From Actinomycetota bacterium (lineage in GTDB: Bacteria; Actinomycetota; CADDZG01; JAHWKV01), in NCBI GenBank assembly GCA_030447305.1, contig JAUJPC010000001.1, positions 263,998-327,997 of the forward strand: a stretch of 64,000 bases of DNA, given 5' to 3'. Below, piece after piece: positions 35,955 to 46,235 of this stretch (the first letter of the stretch is position 1; each line of letters starts with the position of its first letter). A program made the translations under genes and the position numbers. The notes below the pieces were generated by a model. The model was not told where the DNA came from. It saw nothing but the letters and a program-made list of their open reading frames with translations, and searched no databases.

Positions 35955-37063
35955 GAATTCTTCAGCTCTGCTGTGATTCGGGCATCGCCTACGGCGGTGC
36001 CAAGGGGGCCTCGGTGCACCTGGGGGAGCTGTCCCGGGCGTTCACTCAGGAGGGGGCCGAGGTCCTGGTAGCGGTCGCCCGGAATGAGTGCCGGGTGCCG
36101 CCGCCGGGCATCACGGTGCAGGTCATCCCCCCGGCGGGGAATGGCCGGGGCGGAAAGGCGGCGCAGGACCGGGCGCGTGCTGACTGGCTCATCGAAGTCA
36201 TCGGCCGCTGGGAACCCGATCTGGTGTACGAGCGGCTCTCGCTGCACTGCTCCGCCGGCGTTGCGGCAGCCGCCGCGACCGGGGTGCCCCACCTGCTGGA
36301 GGTGAACGCCCCGCTGTCCCAGGAGGCGGCCCGTTACCGCGGGCTCGACGAGCCGGAGCTGGCTAAGGCTCTGGAGACACTGACTCTTTCGGGCACCGAC
36401 CTGCTCCTGGCGGTCAGCCGGCCCATCGCCCGCTACGCCCGGGAACGGGGAGCCCGGGAAGTCCGGGTGTGCCCCAACGCGGTCGATCCATCCCGATTTC
36501 CGGTCCCCGCACCTGTGGCCGAACAGCCGGCGCGCGCGGTGTTTTCCGGGTCGCTGCGTCCTTGGCATGGATCGGGGACCCTCGCCGAGGCGTGGGGCAT
36601 CCTCGGATCCGATGCGCCGCCTCTCGTGATCATCGGCGATGGAACCGGCCGGGAGTCCCTGGAGGCGGCCGGCGCCACCGTCACCGGCATGGTCCACCAC
36701 GCCGGCGTACCGGTTCTGCTGCGCAGCGCCCACATCGCGCTGGCACCTTACCCGGGGGATGCCCCTGACTACTTCTCCCCCTTGAAGCTGTTCGAGTACC
36801 TGGCTGCCGGCCTTCCCGTGGTGGCCGGGGACATCCCCGGAGTCGCCGATGTTGCCGGAGAGGTTGCGATCCTGGTGCCTCCGGGGGACGCAGGGGCCCT
36901 TGCCGGAGCAGTGGCGGAGCTGTCCGGCGATCCTCAGCGCCGCCTTCGATTGGGCCGCGCCGGTAGGGAGCTGGCCCTGGGCTTCCACACCTGGAGGCAC
37001 CGGGCCCGCGGGGTTATGCAGCTTGCCGGTGAGGTAGCCCGGGAGGTGGCGGGAGTGCGATGA
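35951..37063 (+). CDS. GT4 family glycosyltransferase
   Basis: It starts MRILQL with an ATGA overlap onto the previous gene. A GT-B fold is indicated. Confidence 0.75.
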   Translation: MRILQLCCDSGIAYGGAKGASVHLGELSRAFTQEGAEVLVAVARNECRVPPPGITVQVIPPAGNGRGGKAAQDRARADWLIEVIGRWEPDLVYERLSLHCSAGVAAAAATGVPHLLEVNAPLSQEAARYRGLDEPELAKALETLTLSGTDLLLAVSRPIARYARERGAREVRVCPNAVDPSRFPVPAPVAEQPARAVFSGSLRPWHGSGTLAEAWGILGSDAPPLVIIGDGTGRESLEAAGATVTGMVHHAGVPVLLRSAHIALAPYPGDAPDYFSPLKLFEYLAAGLPVVAGDIPGVADVAGEVAILVPPGDAGALAGAVAELSGDPQRRLRLGRAGRELALGFHTWRHRARGVMQLAGEVAREVAGVR

Positions 37064-39966
37064 GGAGCGCCCTCAAATTGCTGTGGCCCTTCACGCGGGG
37101 GCGCCGGGGCGCGTTTGCCGCCGGCCTGGCAGGCACGCTTTTGGTGACCGCAGCCGAGCTGGCGCGCCCGTTTCCCCTGAAGCTGATCCTCGACCGCTTG
37201 CTGGCTCCGGGTCCCGCAGGCCCGGAAGTCGACCTGGCATTTGTGGCGGCGGTGGCTGCTCTGGTGGTGGGAACCGCCGCGGTCGGAGCGGCGGGCACCT
37301 ATCTGACCGAGACCCAGATGCGCATTGTCGGAGAGCACGTCGTGCATGACCTGAGGGTCGCTCTCTACTCCCACCTGCACGGCCTGTCCCTGCGATTTCA
37401 CCGCCGCCGACACACCGGCGACCTGGTGACCCGGGTCACCGGCGACGTGCACACCATGGGCGAGCTGGTCGGCGAGTCGCTGATCAAGGTTCTGGCTGCG
37501 GTGCTCCTTCTGGCCGGGATGCTGGTGGTGAGCATCAGGCTCGATCCGGTGCTGGCCCTGGCGGCGCTGCTGGTCACCCCCCTTCTGGCGCTGGCCACCG
37601 TCCAATCCCAGAGACGCATTAAGACCGCGGCTCGCAGCCAGCGGGCGGCCGAGGGAGCCATCGCAGCGCTGGGAACCGATTCGCTGTCGGCGATCGGCAC
37701 TGTAAAGGCGCTCGGAGGCGAGCACTCCGAGCAGCAGCGGCTGCAGAGCCAGAGCATCGAGCGGCGAGATGCCGGCGTTTCCGGCTCAATCGCTGAGGGC
37801 AGGTTCGGCGGGGTGGTCGACCTGCTTGAGGCCGTCGGTACCGCGCTGGTCCTGGGCCTGGGCGCCTTTCGCGTGGTCGGTGGCCACCTCACGCCGGGGG
37901 ACCTGGTGGTCATGCACTCCTACCTTCGCCGGCTCTACCGCCCCCTGCGTGACCTGACCCGGCAGGCCGGTCGAATCGCCCGGGCCACCGCCCGTTCGGA
38001 GCGCATCCGGGAGGTGCTCGGCTCGGACGACACGTTGCCGGAGAAGCCGAACGCCTACTCCGGTCCCCGGGCGGAGGGGAACATCCGCCTGCGGGATGTG
38101 TACTTCGCCTACGAGGCGGGCCGGCCGGCGCTCAAGGCGGTTTCGTTCAGTGTGCAGGCCGGGGAGTCGGTGGCCATAGTGGGAACCTCGGGGGCCGGCA
38201 AGTCGACTCTTGCCGCCCTGATGGGACGCTTTCATGACCCCGACGCCGGGGCGGTGTTGCTTGACGGACGCGACCTGCGCGACTGCTCCCTGGCCTGGCT
38301 GCGCAACCAGGTCGGGTTCGTGCTGCAGGACACGGCACTTTTCAGCGGGACGGTCGCAGACAATATCGCCTACTCCACCGACGCCACCCGCCGGATGGTG
38401 ATCCAGGCAGCCCGCCGGGCCGGGGCTCACGAATTCATCACCGCACTGCCCGACGGGTACGACACCGACCTCGGACCGTCCGGCGCCAGCCTGTCGGGAG
38501 GCCAGCGCCAGAGGCTGGCCATAGCCAGGGTGCTGCTTAGAAACCCCCCGGTGGTGGTGCTGGACGAGCCGACCTCCGGACTGGACGCCGCCACCGAACT
38601 TGACGTCATGGCAGCTTTGCGCCAGGCGCTCAAGGGGCGCACCACGGTGCTGATCACGCACTCGCTGCGCCTGGCTCGCACCGCCGAGCAGGTATTCGTG
38701 ATCGATGCCGGCCGGGTGGTGGAGCAGGGTGCCCCCGAACAGCTGATCGCCGGAAGGGGCCGTTTCCGCTCGCTGGCGGCAGCGCAGGGACTCGCCGGCT
38801 CCCCCAGGCTGCCGGCACCCGACGACCACGCCCTGCCCCAGATGAGCGGTCTGCTGGACCCCGATGCGGTGGAATCCGTTCTGACACGGACCTCTCCGGA
38901 TCCCCAGATCAGCGGCCTTGCGGTTCGATACATCCGGTACAAGCCGCAGACCAATGTGGTTGTCGACTACGACGTGGCCGGGCCCTCCGGCAGAAGGCGG
39001 GTGGTGCTGATGGCGGCGGCCGGCCGCAGCATGGCAAAGCTGGCACACCGAACGGTGGCCCCAACGGTGGCCGGCAACCTGGCATACGACGAGCAGCTGA
39101 ACCTTCTGGTCCAGTGGCTGCCGCTCGACCTGTGGCTGCCCTCGCTGTCGGAGCCGGTCGAGACCCTGACCGGCTCAGCATGCATCCCATATACCGCCGG
39201 GGACGAGGTGGAGCTCCTGGCGTACAAGCCCCGCCGCCGGGCGGTTGTCGGAGTGGACGGTCACGTCCTCAAGCTGTACGCCGATGAGGACGCTTTCCGG
39301 GCGGCCGCGGCCGCCCTCCTCGGCGGGCACCGGCTTCCGGTCGCCACGGCCGTGCCCACCGGTGTGGTGTCGAAATTCCTGATGACGGCACAGGAGTCTA
39401 TTAAGGGAAGCCCGATTCAGGACCCGATCGAAACCGCTCCCGAGGCCGGAGACCTTCTGACTCGGTTCCACCGGGGCACCATGCCTGCCCTGAACCGAAC
39501 CCTGGATCCGTTCGAGAGTGCCCGAGGCAGCGCCCGGACCGCCTCGCACCTGGTTCCGGCACTGAGGGGTCGCCTGGAACATCTGGTCGAACGGCTGGCC
39601 GCTTCCGCTCCCCCGCCCGGCTCCGCCCTGTGCCACGGCGACTTCCACAGCCGGCAGCTGCTGGAGACCCCGAAGGGACTGGTGGTGCTGGATCTGGACG
39701 AGGCCGGGCTGGGCTCCCCGGCCATCGATCTGGCGACTTATGCGGCGCACGTCCTGCGGGGGGGCGGTGAGGGAGTTGACGGCGTCGATGAGGTCCTGTC
39801 CGCGCTGGCCGAGGGTTACGGCCGCCGGCCGGACGGGCTGGACTGGCACGCCGCGGTGGCGGTTCTCCGGCTGACCGTCTTTCCCTTCCGAACCTACCCG
39901 ACCGTGGATTGGCCGGATCAGGTTGAGGTTCTGGTCGGCGTCGCCGAGGGGCTCGCCGCCCGATGA
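37060..39966 (+). CDS. ABC exporter (fused TMD-NBD, MsbA-like) with a C-terminal kinase-fold (APH/LPS-kinase-like) domain of about 400 aa
   Basis: It has six N-terminal TM helices and Walker A GTSGAGKST, signature LSGGQRQR and Walker B VVVLDEPTS. Beyond residue 600 it carries CHGDFHSRQLL...LDLDEAG catalytic-loop-like motifs. An ATGA overlap links it to both neighbours. Confidence 0.8.
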   Translation: MRSALKLLWPFTRGRRGAFAAGLAGTLLVTAAELARPFPLKLILDRLLAPGPAGPEVDLAFVAAVAALVVGTAAVGAAGTYLTETQMRIVGEHVVHDLRVALYSHLHGLSLRFHRRRHTGDLVTRVTGDVHTMGELVGESLIKVLAAVLLLAGMLVVSIRLDPVLALAALLVTPLLALATVQSQRRIKTAARSQRAAEGAIAALGTDSLSAIGTVKALGGEHSEQQRLQSQSIERRDAGVSGSIAEGRFGGVVDLLEAVGTALVLGLGAFRVVGGHLTPGDLVVMHSYLRRLYRPLRDLTRQAGRIARATARSERIREVLGSDDTLPEKPNAYSGPRAEGNIRLRDVYFAYEAGRPALKAVSFSVQAGESVAIVGTSGAGKSTLAALMGRFHDPDAGAVLLDGRDLRDCSLAWLRNQVGFVLQDTALFSGTVADNIAYSTDATRRMVIQAARRAGAHEFITALPDGYDTDLGPSGASLSGGQRQRLAIARVLLRNPPVVVLDEPTSGLDAATELDVMAALRQALKGRTTVLITHSLRLARTAEQVFVIDAGRVVEQGAPEQLIAGRGRFRSLAAAQGLAGSPRLPAPDDHALPQMSGLLDPDAVESVLTRTSPDPQISGLAVRYIRYKPQTNVVVDYDVAGPSGRRRVVLMAAAGRSMAKLAHRTVAPTVAGNLAYDEQLNLLVQWLPLDLWLPSLSEPVETLTGSACIPYTAGDEVELLAYKPRRRAVVGVDGHVLKLYADEDAFRAAAAALLGGHRLPVATAVPTGVVSKFLMTAQESIKGSPIQDPIETAPEAGDLLTRFHRGTMPALNRTLDPFESARGSARTASHLVPALRGRLEHLVERLAASAPPPGSALCHGDFHSRQLLETPKGLVVLDLDEAGLGSPAIDLATYAAHVLRGGGEGVDGVDEVLSALAEGYGRRPDGLDWHAAVAVLRLTVFPFRTYPTVDWPDQVEVLVGVAEGLAAR

Positions 39967-40799
39967 GCATGGTTTGCACGGACCTTCAGGCGCTGTCGGC
40001 AGGGCTGGTGGGGGAGCCGGCGATCGCCAGGATCCTCAAGGACAAGCCGGGACGCCGGCGGACCAGCCTGGTGCAGGGCCCACGAGGCACCGCCGTGGTG
40101 AAGGCGTATGCCTCCAACCGGGCTCCGGTGGTAGCCCGGCGCATCTCCGCGCTGGCCGCCGGGCCGTCCGAGCCGGCGGTTCCGCGGGTCCTTGCGCTGG
40201 ACGAAGCCCGCCGCCTGGTGGTCCTCAGCCCTGTGCCGGGCCGGCCGCTGACCGAAGCTGTGATCGATGGTGAGCTGGAGGTGATCGAGCGGGCCGGAGC
40301 TGCGTTGGGGAAGTGGCATGCCGCCTGGTGGGACCGGGTTCCCGCCGCATTCTCGCCGCACCCGGTGCAACATGAGCGGGCGATTCTCGCCAAGAAGGTT
40401 CAGGGTGCGGCATCGTCCACGGCGGCGGCGGTCGCGCAGGAGATTGCCGGCCTGGAGATGCCGTGGCCCTGCCGGACGGTGGTCCACCGGGACCTCTACG
40501 AAACTCAGATGGTGGTCGGCGACCGGGTGGGGATGATTGATCTGGACGATGCAGCTTGCGGCCCGCCCGAGCTGGATATCGGCAACCTGCTGGCCCACCT
40601 GACCCTTCTGGGCGGACGACTCGGACGAGGTATGGGCAACGAGCGCCGGGCTTTTCTCAGGGGCTATCTAACTTCCGGCCCGGAGGTAGATGCCGGCCGG
40701 TTGCAGCAGTGCGAGACCCTCAGCCGGCTGCGCCTGGCGTGCATCCACAACGAACCGGCGCTCGTCGGACGGACGGAGGGCGCTTTGTCCAACAAGTAG
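39963..40799 (+). CDS. stand-alone kinase-fold protein (LPS kinase Kdo/WaaP or APH-like)
   Basis: VVHRDLYETQMVV...IDLDDAA has the layout of a catalytic loop followed by a DFG-like motif. It is 278 aa and coupled to the upstream gene. Confidence 0.65.
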   Translation: MSMVCTDLQALSAGLVGEPAIARILKDKPGRRRTSLVQGPRGTAVVKAYASNRAPVVARRISALAAGPSEPAVPRVLALDEARRLVVLSPVPGRPLTEAVIDGELEVIERAGAALGKWHAAWWDRVPAAFSPHPVQHERAILAKKVQGAASSTAAAVAQEIAGLEMPWPCRTVVHRDLYETQMVVGDRVGMIDLDDAACGPPELDIGNLLAHLTLLGGRLGRGMGNERRAFLRGYLTSGPEVDAGRLQQCETLSRLRLACIHNEPALVGRTEGALSNK

Positions 40800-40832
40800 C
40801 GTCCGGACGGATCAGGCGGCTGCGGCGGCCGG

Positions 40833-41792
40833 CTAGGTCTTGCCGAGCGTTTCGAGGTCCACCCAGTAGCGATCGGTGCGGTCGGGCCTGAGCCATACCG
40901 TTACCGGCTGGTCCACTACATCCGGGGAGACAGCGTGCCAGATGTAGTCGCTCTCGAATCGCCGGGTCTGGCCGCTTTTCGGATCGACGTCCTCTGCGAT
41001 GAGGCGGTGCGGTTGGGCTTCGCCGACGCTGAGCGTGTCGACCTCGGTAACCGCTATGACGTTGGCCGGCACCGGCTGGCCGGTTTCTCGCAGGGCCCGC
41101 TTGGCTCGGGTAGTGGTGTTACGCCTTACATCTGTGACGGTCTTTTTGGCTGCGAGTAAAGATCCGACGGCCAGGAGCCCCGGAATAGCAATCAAGGGAT
41201 CTAGGTCGTCGCTGGTTGCAACGACGACCGCGGTAACGGTCAGCAGAATCACCCCCGTGGCGGCAACGGCGTATGCCATGCCCTGGTACAGCTTTTCATG
41301 GCCGCTCGTTAGGCCGACGTTCCACTGCGCCAGTGTCCCGGGATCGGCGCCCAGGCTGGGCGGGCCGGCCCGCACGGTGGCGCCCGAACGAGCCATCCTG
41401 AAAAATATGAAAGCCGCCAGGCCGCAGGTCGGGGCAGCTATGGCCGCCGCGACCGTCAGAAACCAAACGTCCAGGAAGCGCGAGCGACGGGCATCCTTCG
41501 GATCCTGAGGACGGTAGAGCACCTCGATCGGCTCGCCGACCTCGTAGGACTTGGAGTTGCTTCCCGAGTCGCTGACAAATTCAATCTCCTCGCCGGAGCC
41601 AGAGCTGAAGCGAATCTTTGGGTAGTAGGCGACGCTGTCGGAATCTCTTTGCGCGTCGTAACCCGTCACGATGCCCGTTGTTCTCTGGGCCTCATCCAGA
41701 AAGTCGATGGTATTCCGGGTGGCGATGACGCCTCCCACGGCGGACGCAATGGCAAGCACCAGGAAAAGCAAGGCACCAGCCTTCAGCATCAT
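40833..41792 (-). CDS. membrane protein with two DUF3592-like domains
   Basis: Two copies of a TM helix plus a beta-rich module are present. The family name is from memory. Confidence 0.5.
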   Translation of the reverse strand: MMLKAGALLFLVLAIASAVGGVIATRNTIDFLDEAQRTTGIVTGYDAQRDSDSVAYYPKIRFSSGSGEEIEFVSDSGSNSKSYEVGEPIEVLYRPQDPKDARRSRFLDVWFLTVAAAIAAPTCGLAAFIFFRMARSGATVRAGPPSLGADPGTLAQWNVGLTSGHEKLYQGMAYAVAATGVILLTVTAVVVATSDDLDPLIAIPGLLAVGSLLAAKKTVTDVRRNTTTRAKRALRETGQPVPANVIAVTEVDTLSVGEAQPHRLIAEDVDPKSGQTRRFESDYIWHAVSPDVVDQPVTVWLRPDRTDRYWVDLETLGKT

Positions 41793-42117
41793 GGCTCACC
41801 TCCGTTGCCGACGAGGTGAATGCTGGTCCGGATCCGGCCGGGATACAAGGGGGTTAGCCTCAGCTTTGCGGCCGATTCCTGGGGGGGCGTCCGCACCCGT
41901 CAGCTCGCTCCGCCGTATGGTCAAGGTCGATTCACTTGACGTCGTAGCCGACTTCGTCCACATCGCCACTCCTCATCTCCTTCGGCGGAACAACGGCGCC
42001 AGATGAGAGCGTGGAACCTCGGGAGCGCATGGAGCGTCGAGCGTCGCGTCCCCTGCGTTCGACGCGCAGACGCCCACCCCTCTACTCCTGATGACGGCTT
42101 TCGGTTGTGCCTGCTTC

Positions 42118-42642
42118 TTAGTGTGATCCACGCGCTCCGGCCTTAGCTGCGGTGCGAACGACAAGGTGGTGGAACGGTCGGACGACGGTGAAGTACAGCG
42201 GGCCGGTCCACCGGTGATAGCGCACGACGGTGATGACCCGGAACCGGCTTCGGCCGAGGCGCGTCGGCTCGATAACAACGGCCAGGTAGCCCGTGAGGTG
42301 TGTGTCCGCCGCCTCCAAGACCAGGTACCGGTCCTCTGCCGCTGCGAAGACGGTGAAGAACCAGACCGTATGGCCCGGGGTGAACGGGATCTCCTCCGCT
42401 GTCAGACCTGGGCCCGCGGGGATCGCCGGGTTGCGCAGCCTTAGCAACCCGGCGAGCACTGCTCGGGCGCGGAATAGAAGCGTCATCCACCGCGGCTCCC
42501 ACGCCAGGGCACCGGCGACGAACTCGCGCAATGTCACGCTGGCTTCGATGGTCTTCACGTCGACGTGGTCGGCGTCGACGATCAGGGAGCTGAGCTCGGG
42601 CGGATCGACCTGATGGTTTAGGCCGCTCATGGTGCTCTTCAC
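42118..42642 (-). CDS. hypothetical protein (possibly DUF2867-like)
   Basis: An ORF of about 170 aa. The family assignment is uncertain. Confidence 0.4.
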   Translation of the reverse strand: MKSTMSGLNHQVDPPELSSLIVDADHVDVKTIEASVTLREFVAGALAWEPRWMTLLFRARAVLAGLLRLRNPAIPAGPGLTAEEIPFTPGHTVWFFTVFAAAEDRYLVLEAADTHLTGYLAVVIEPTRLGRSRFRVITVVRYHRWTGPLYFTVVRPFHHLVVRTAAKAGARGSH

Positions 42643-42739
42643 ACTTCTCCTGACTGGTTATGACGTTGGTGCGTGCGACGCCCACGTCGTCGGCTCGGAA
42701 AACTGAAAGACATAGCGGGGTTGAGCTCGCCGTTCTCGC

Positions 42740-43144
42740 TCACTGGTGCACCAGCTGGTCGTCTCGGTCGGCGCTCAGCGGACTGCCGCTGTCGCGAGAA
42801 GCGGCCACGAGCAGGAGCGTGGCCGGTATCACCGCCGTGGTGAACGGCGTGGCAGGGCCGTGGACGGCGGCGCAGGCGACGCCCCAGAGGCCGAGCCCCC
42901 ACCCGACGAAGGCCGGTACGGCGTGATCGTTCCGAGCGAGCCACAGCACGACGGCTCCGAGGAGGAGCAAGGGGACGGCGAAGCTCCCGGGCCCGCTCCA
43001 AAAGTACGCAGCAGCCTGCTGGATTTCGCCGCCGTCGGGGGGCGGAGTGTGGGTGCCCCACAGCGCGCCGTCGAGCCAATCGCCGACCTGGCTCCGGGCT
43101 GCGACCGCGGAAACCACCCCGTGCGCCGTCCCCTGGGCGACCAT
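42740..43144 (-). CDS. hypothetical membrane protein
   Basis: An ORF with hydrophobic segments. It overlaps a plus-strand ORF whose real coding part starts at 43253. Confidence 0.3.
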   Translation of the reverse strand: MVAQGTAHGVVSAVAARSQVGDWLDGALWGTHTPPPDGGEIQQAAAYFWSGPGSFAVPLLLLGAVVLWLARNDHAVPAFVGWGLGLWGVACAAVHGPATPFTTAVIPATLLLVAASRDSGSPLSADRDDQLVHQ

Positions 43145-43252
43145 GATCCCGCCCGCCCCACACGCGCATTCGTCGCACGCCCATCCCTCGCCTCCTGCCC
43201 GCTCAATGCGAGACTATACGTTCCGAAACCGACCGTACCGTATACTTGCCTG

Positions 43253-43870
43253 GTGGTCAAGAGAGGACGTCCGCGGGAGGCGCGCGTCGATGCGGCGGTG
43301 CTCGATGCCGCCCGGCACGAGCTAGCGCTGCATGGGCCGGGAGGCTTCACGATGGACTCGGTGGCCGAGCGGGCGGGTGTCGGCAAGGCCGCCATCTACC
43401 GCCGGTTCCCTGGCAAGAGCGCCATGATTTTTGCGGCAGCCGTGCACGCTTTGGACATCGCGCCACCGCCGGATCACGGCTCGCTGCGTGGGGATCTGGG
43501 AGCTCTCCTGGTTGACGTGCTGAGGAGCCAGGACAATCCCCTCGCCCGGCAGGCGATCCCCTTCCTGCTGCAAGAGCTCGGGCGCGACCCGGCCGTAGGC
43601 CAGCAGCTCGAGCAGATCTTCCTCGTTCGCGAGCGAGCGTGCATCGAGGCCGTCCTTGGCCGCGCCGTTGCGCGGGGCGAGCTTCGGGTTGCGCCGCCGG
43701 TGCACGCCGTCCACGCGCTGCTCATGGGCCCGGTCTTCGCCTGGGTCTTCGTGCTACGTCGAGACCCAACGGAGTTCGTGGACTCGCTCGGGGACGCCGT
43801 GACCGCGGCCATCATGGAGCTCGCCTTCAATCCGGCGCCCCGTCGCAGCCGCTCAAGGGTTGGTCGCTAG
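43253..43870 (+). CDS. TetR family transcriptional regulator
   Basis: The HTH signature LDAARHELALHGPGGFTMDSVAERAGVGKAAIYRRF is present. A GTG start was chosen because the upstream part of the ORF has no protein-like signal. Confidence 0.7.
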   Translation: MVKRGRPREARVDAAVLDAARHELALHGPGGFTMDSVAERAGVGKAAIYRRFPGKSAMIFAAAVHALDIAPPPDHGSLRGDLGALLVDVLRSQDNPLARQAIPFLLQELGRDPAVGQQLEQIFLVRERACIEAVLGRAVARGELRVAPPVHAVHALLMGPVFAWVFVLRRDPTEFVDSLGDAVTAAIMELAFNPAPRRSRSRVGR

Positions 43871-44401
43871 CGCGAGCACTGCACACCGGCCAGTCGCGCC
43901 GGGACTCGTTGGATGGCCCGCTGCCTGGTGGTAGGCGAGGTGACGTCGGAGGGTCGGAGGGGTCGCGACGTCTTTGTCGGACATCGACCACTCCAATAAG
44001 CGGTTTCGCGCTTCGCGACAACCCTATGAGCGAAGACCGCTTCCCCCATCCGGGCCCGGCTGGGCCCTCCGTGGCTGCCCCGAGTGAGCCGGACGCGTCG
44101 CGAATTAGTCGAGGCGAACGATCAACCGTGCGGCGAGGCCCGGCGGATGGCACTGGCTCCGCTGCGGCCGGGCCTGTACCGGCGCCGATCACCCGAAGAA
44201 GCATACGCCGGCAGTCGTATGCGTGCCCTACGTCGCTGCTCGGATGCCACGCTGCTCGTGTGTTCCGTACGCTGCGGGTGAGCGATGTGAGGAAGCCAAG
44301 CCGGGCCCGTGCAGCAATTCGCCTACGTGACGGCTGCGGTCGCCGTGGGCCTGTTCAGCCTCTGGCGCCGTGACATCACCGCCTGAGGAGCTCCTTTCCC
44401 G

Positions 44402-45999
44402 CTACAGCTGGTTCGTTCGCCGCATTGCTCGAGGCCGTCCATCGGGGTCCACTAAGCTGCGGTGGACGGCGTGCGCCCACAACCGGGACAATCCTGTGAT
44501 GGACTCGGGCGTGTGAGGGCGGGCATGTCCCGGCGGCCGGGGACCCTGCTTGCCGCCGCTATGCCATGCCTCCAGTGTGCCGGCGGCCTTCCGCCACGCA
44601 TCGAAACCGCTCACGGGGTCCACCAGGTCGGCGTCGTCACCGTCCTCCCGGCCCAGATGCTCCCGCCACAGCTCCAGGCGGGTATCGCGGGCCAGCTTTC
44701 GGGCGCCGTCGCCCAGGCCGGCCGGGTCCTTCGGCTCCCGATCGTCGGGGGTCGAATCGAGAATGATGCACGACAGCTCCGAGTCGTGACTCCATGATCG
44801 CCGGTTGAGGTTGTCGGACCCGACCTCGAGCCAGACATCGTCGATCACCGCCACCTTTGCGTGGATGTAGATCGGGGTGCCGTGCACGTTCTCCAGGTCG
44901 TACACGGCGACCCGATCGCCGCCCGCCGGTCCGACGGTTTTCATAAACTGTTGCCGCCCGATGTTCTCGCTGGTCGCCGACACCGTTCCTCCCCGCTCGG
45001 CGAACCGGGGCACCACGACGATCAAATGTAGATCAGGTTCCCGCCGGAGGGCCTCCGCGAAGGCATCGGCGGCGGACTGTGACCACAGATACTGGTCCTC
45101 CACGTAGACCAGCCGGCGGGCACGGCGCAGTGCCTTGGCCCTGCCGATGCTGCGCTCGCCTTCCGGGGCGAACGGGTAGGGCGGCCGCTTGGCGGGGTAG
45201 GTTCGCACCACCTGGACTGCATGCGGTCCGGTAGGAGAAGGGTCGTCCCGGATCGGGGCAGGGGATCGGGACGGCGGGGTTGCCGGGTCAGCTTTCGCAC
45301 TGCAAGCCGAACGGGGTTCCGGTGGTCCAGGGGCGTCGGGTCTTCCCACCGCTCCCGAAACGTGTAGGCAAGGTCACCCACCGCCGGACCGTGGACCTCC
45401 AGCTGGATGTCGTGCCAGGGCGGCCGTTCGCCGTAGTCGGGGTTGATGTCGACGGGCTGGGGATCCCCCTCGTGGCGGGCGTCGTCGCGCCGGCCGTACG
45501 CCAGGTCGATTCCACCGACGAACGCAACGTCGGTGTCCGGACCACCGGACCGCCGCAGGACGAAGAGCTTTTGATGGTGGCTGCCGCCGTGCTGGACTCG
45601 CTCGTCGAGCAGGAGCTCGCCGCCGGCCTCGTTGACCTGTCTCACCAGCTTCAGGTTCTCCTGCTCGCTGAAGTGTGCCTGCGTGGGGTGCGACCGCCAT
45701 AGCAAACCCCGGACGTGGACCTTCTTGGCGGCCAGCTCCGCCAGAACCCTGGCGACCTCGGTGCCGGGGCCGGCGAGCCGTTCGTCGGGGTCGCCCTCCC
45801 AGTCGGTGAAGTGAACCCAATCGTCGCGGTCAAGCGTGCACAGCTCCTCGTACAGGCGCTTGAAGTAGGTGGCGCCGTGTACCAGAACTTTGACCCGATT
45901 GCCCTCAGTGTAGGCAAGTCCGTCGTCGTGCTGGCGGTCGATCTCGGTGGCGGGATTGCCTCGCTCGGCTGGAGAAAGGAACCAATCCTCCATGGTCAA
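44402..45999 (-). pseudogene. phospholipase D-family protein with two HKD motifs, frameshifted near 45250-45300
   Basis: The first HKD (HHQKLFVL...GGIDLAYGR) is in ORF 45999..45022 and the second HKD (HAKVAVIDD...GSDNLNRRS) in ORF 45349..44402. The junction is GC-rich with a gggg run. Confidence 0.65.
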
Positions 46000-46235
46000 T
46001 CTAGTGCTTCCCCAGGATGGAATGACATCGGCCGGCCCTTTCGATGGTTGGTCATGACAGTGACCATGTACCCAGATGGCATCAACCGATCCTGAAGTCT
46101 TCCAACGACTTAACTCAGATCTTCTTACAGAGGTCAGCTTCTGACCTCATTCCACTGTAGTTTTCGATTCCGAAGTTCCTCTCGATAGCACGTGGAACAG
46201 GGAGATTCAGCTCCGGCGACGGAAAGGGTAATGCT

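Noticed and set aside
34495-37000. Long antisense ORFs (34495..35115, 35606..37000 minus) across the glycosyltransferase genes
   Set aside because: The plus-strand genes have clear GT-B motifs and translational coupling. The antisense translations are Arg/Pro-rich junk.
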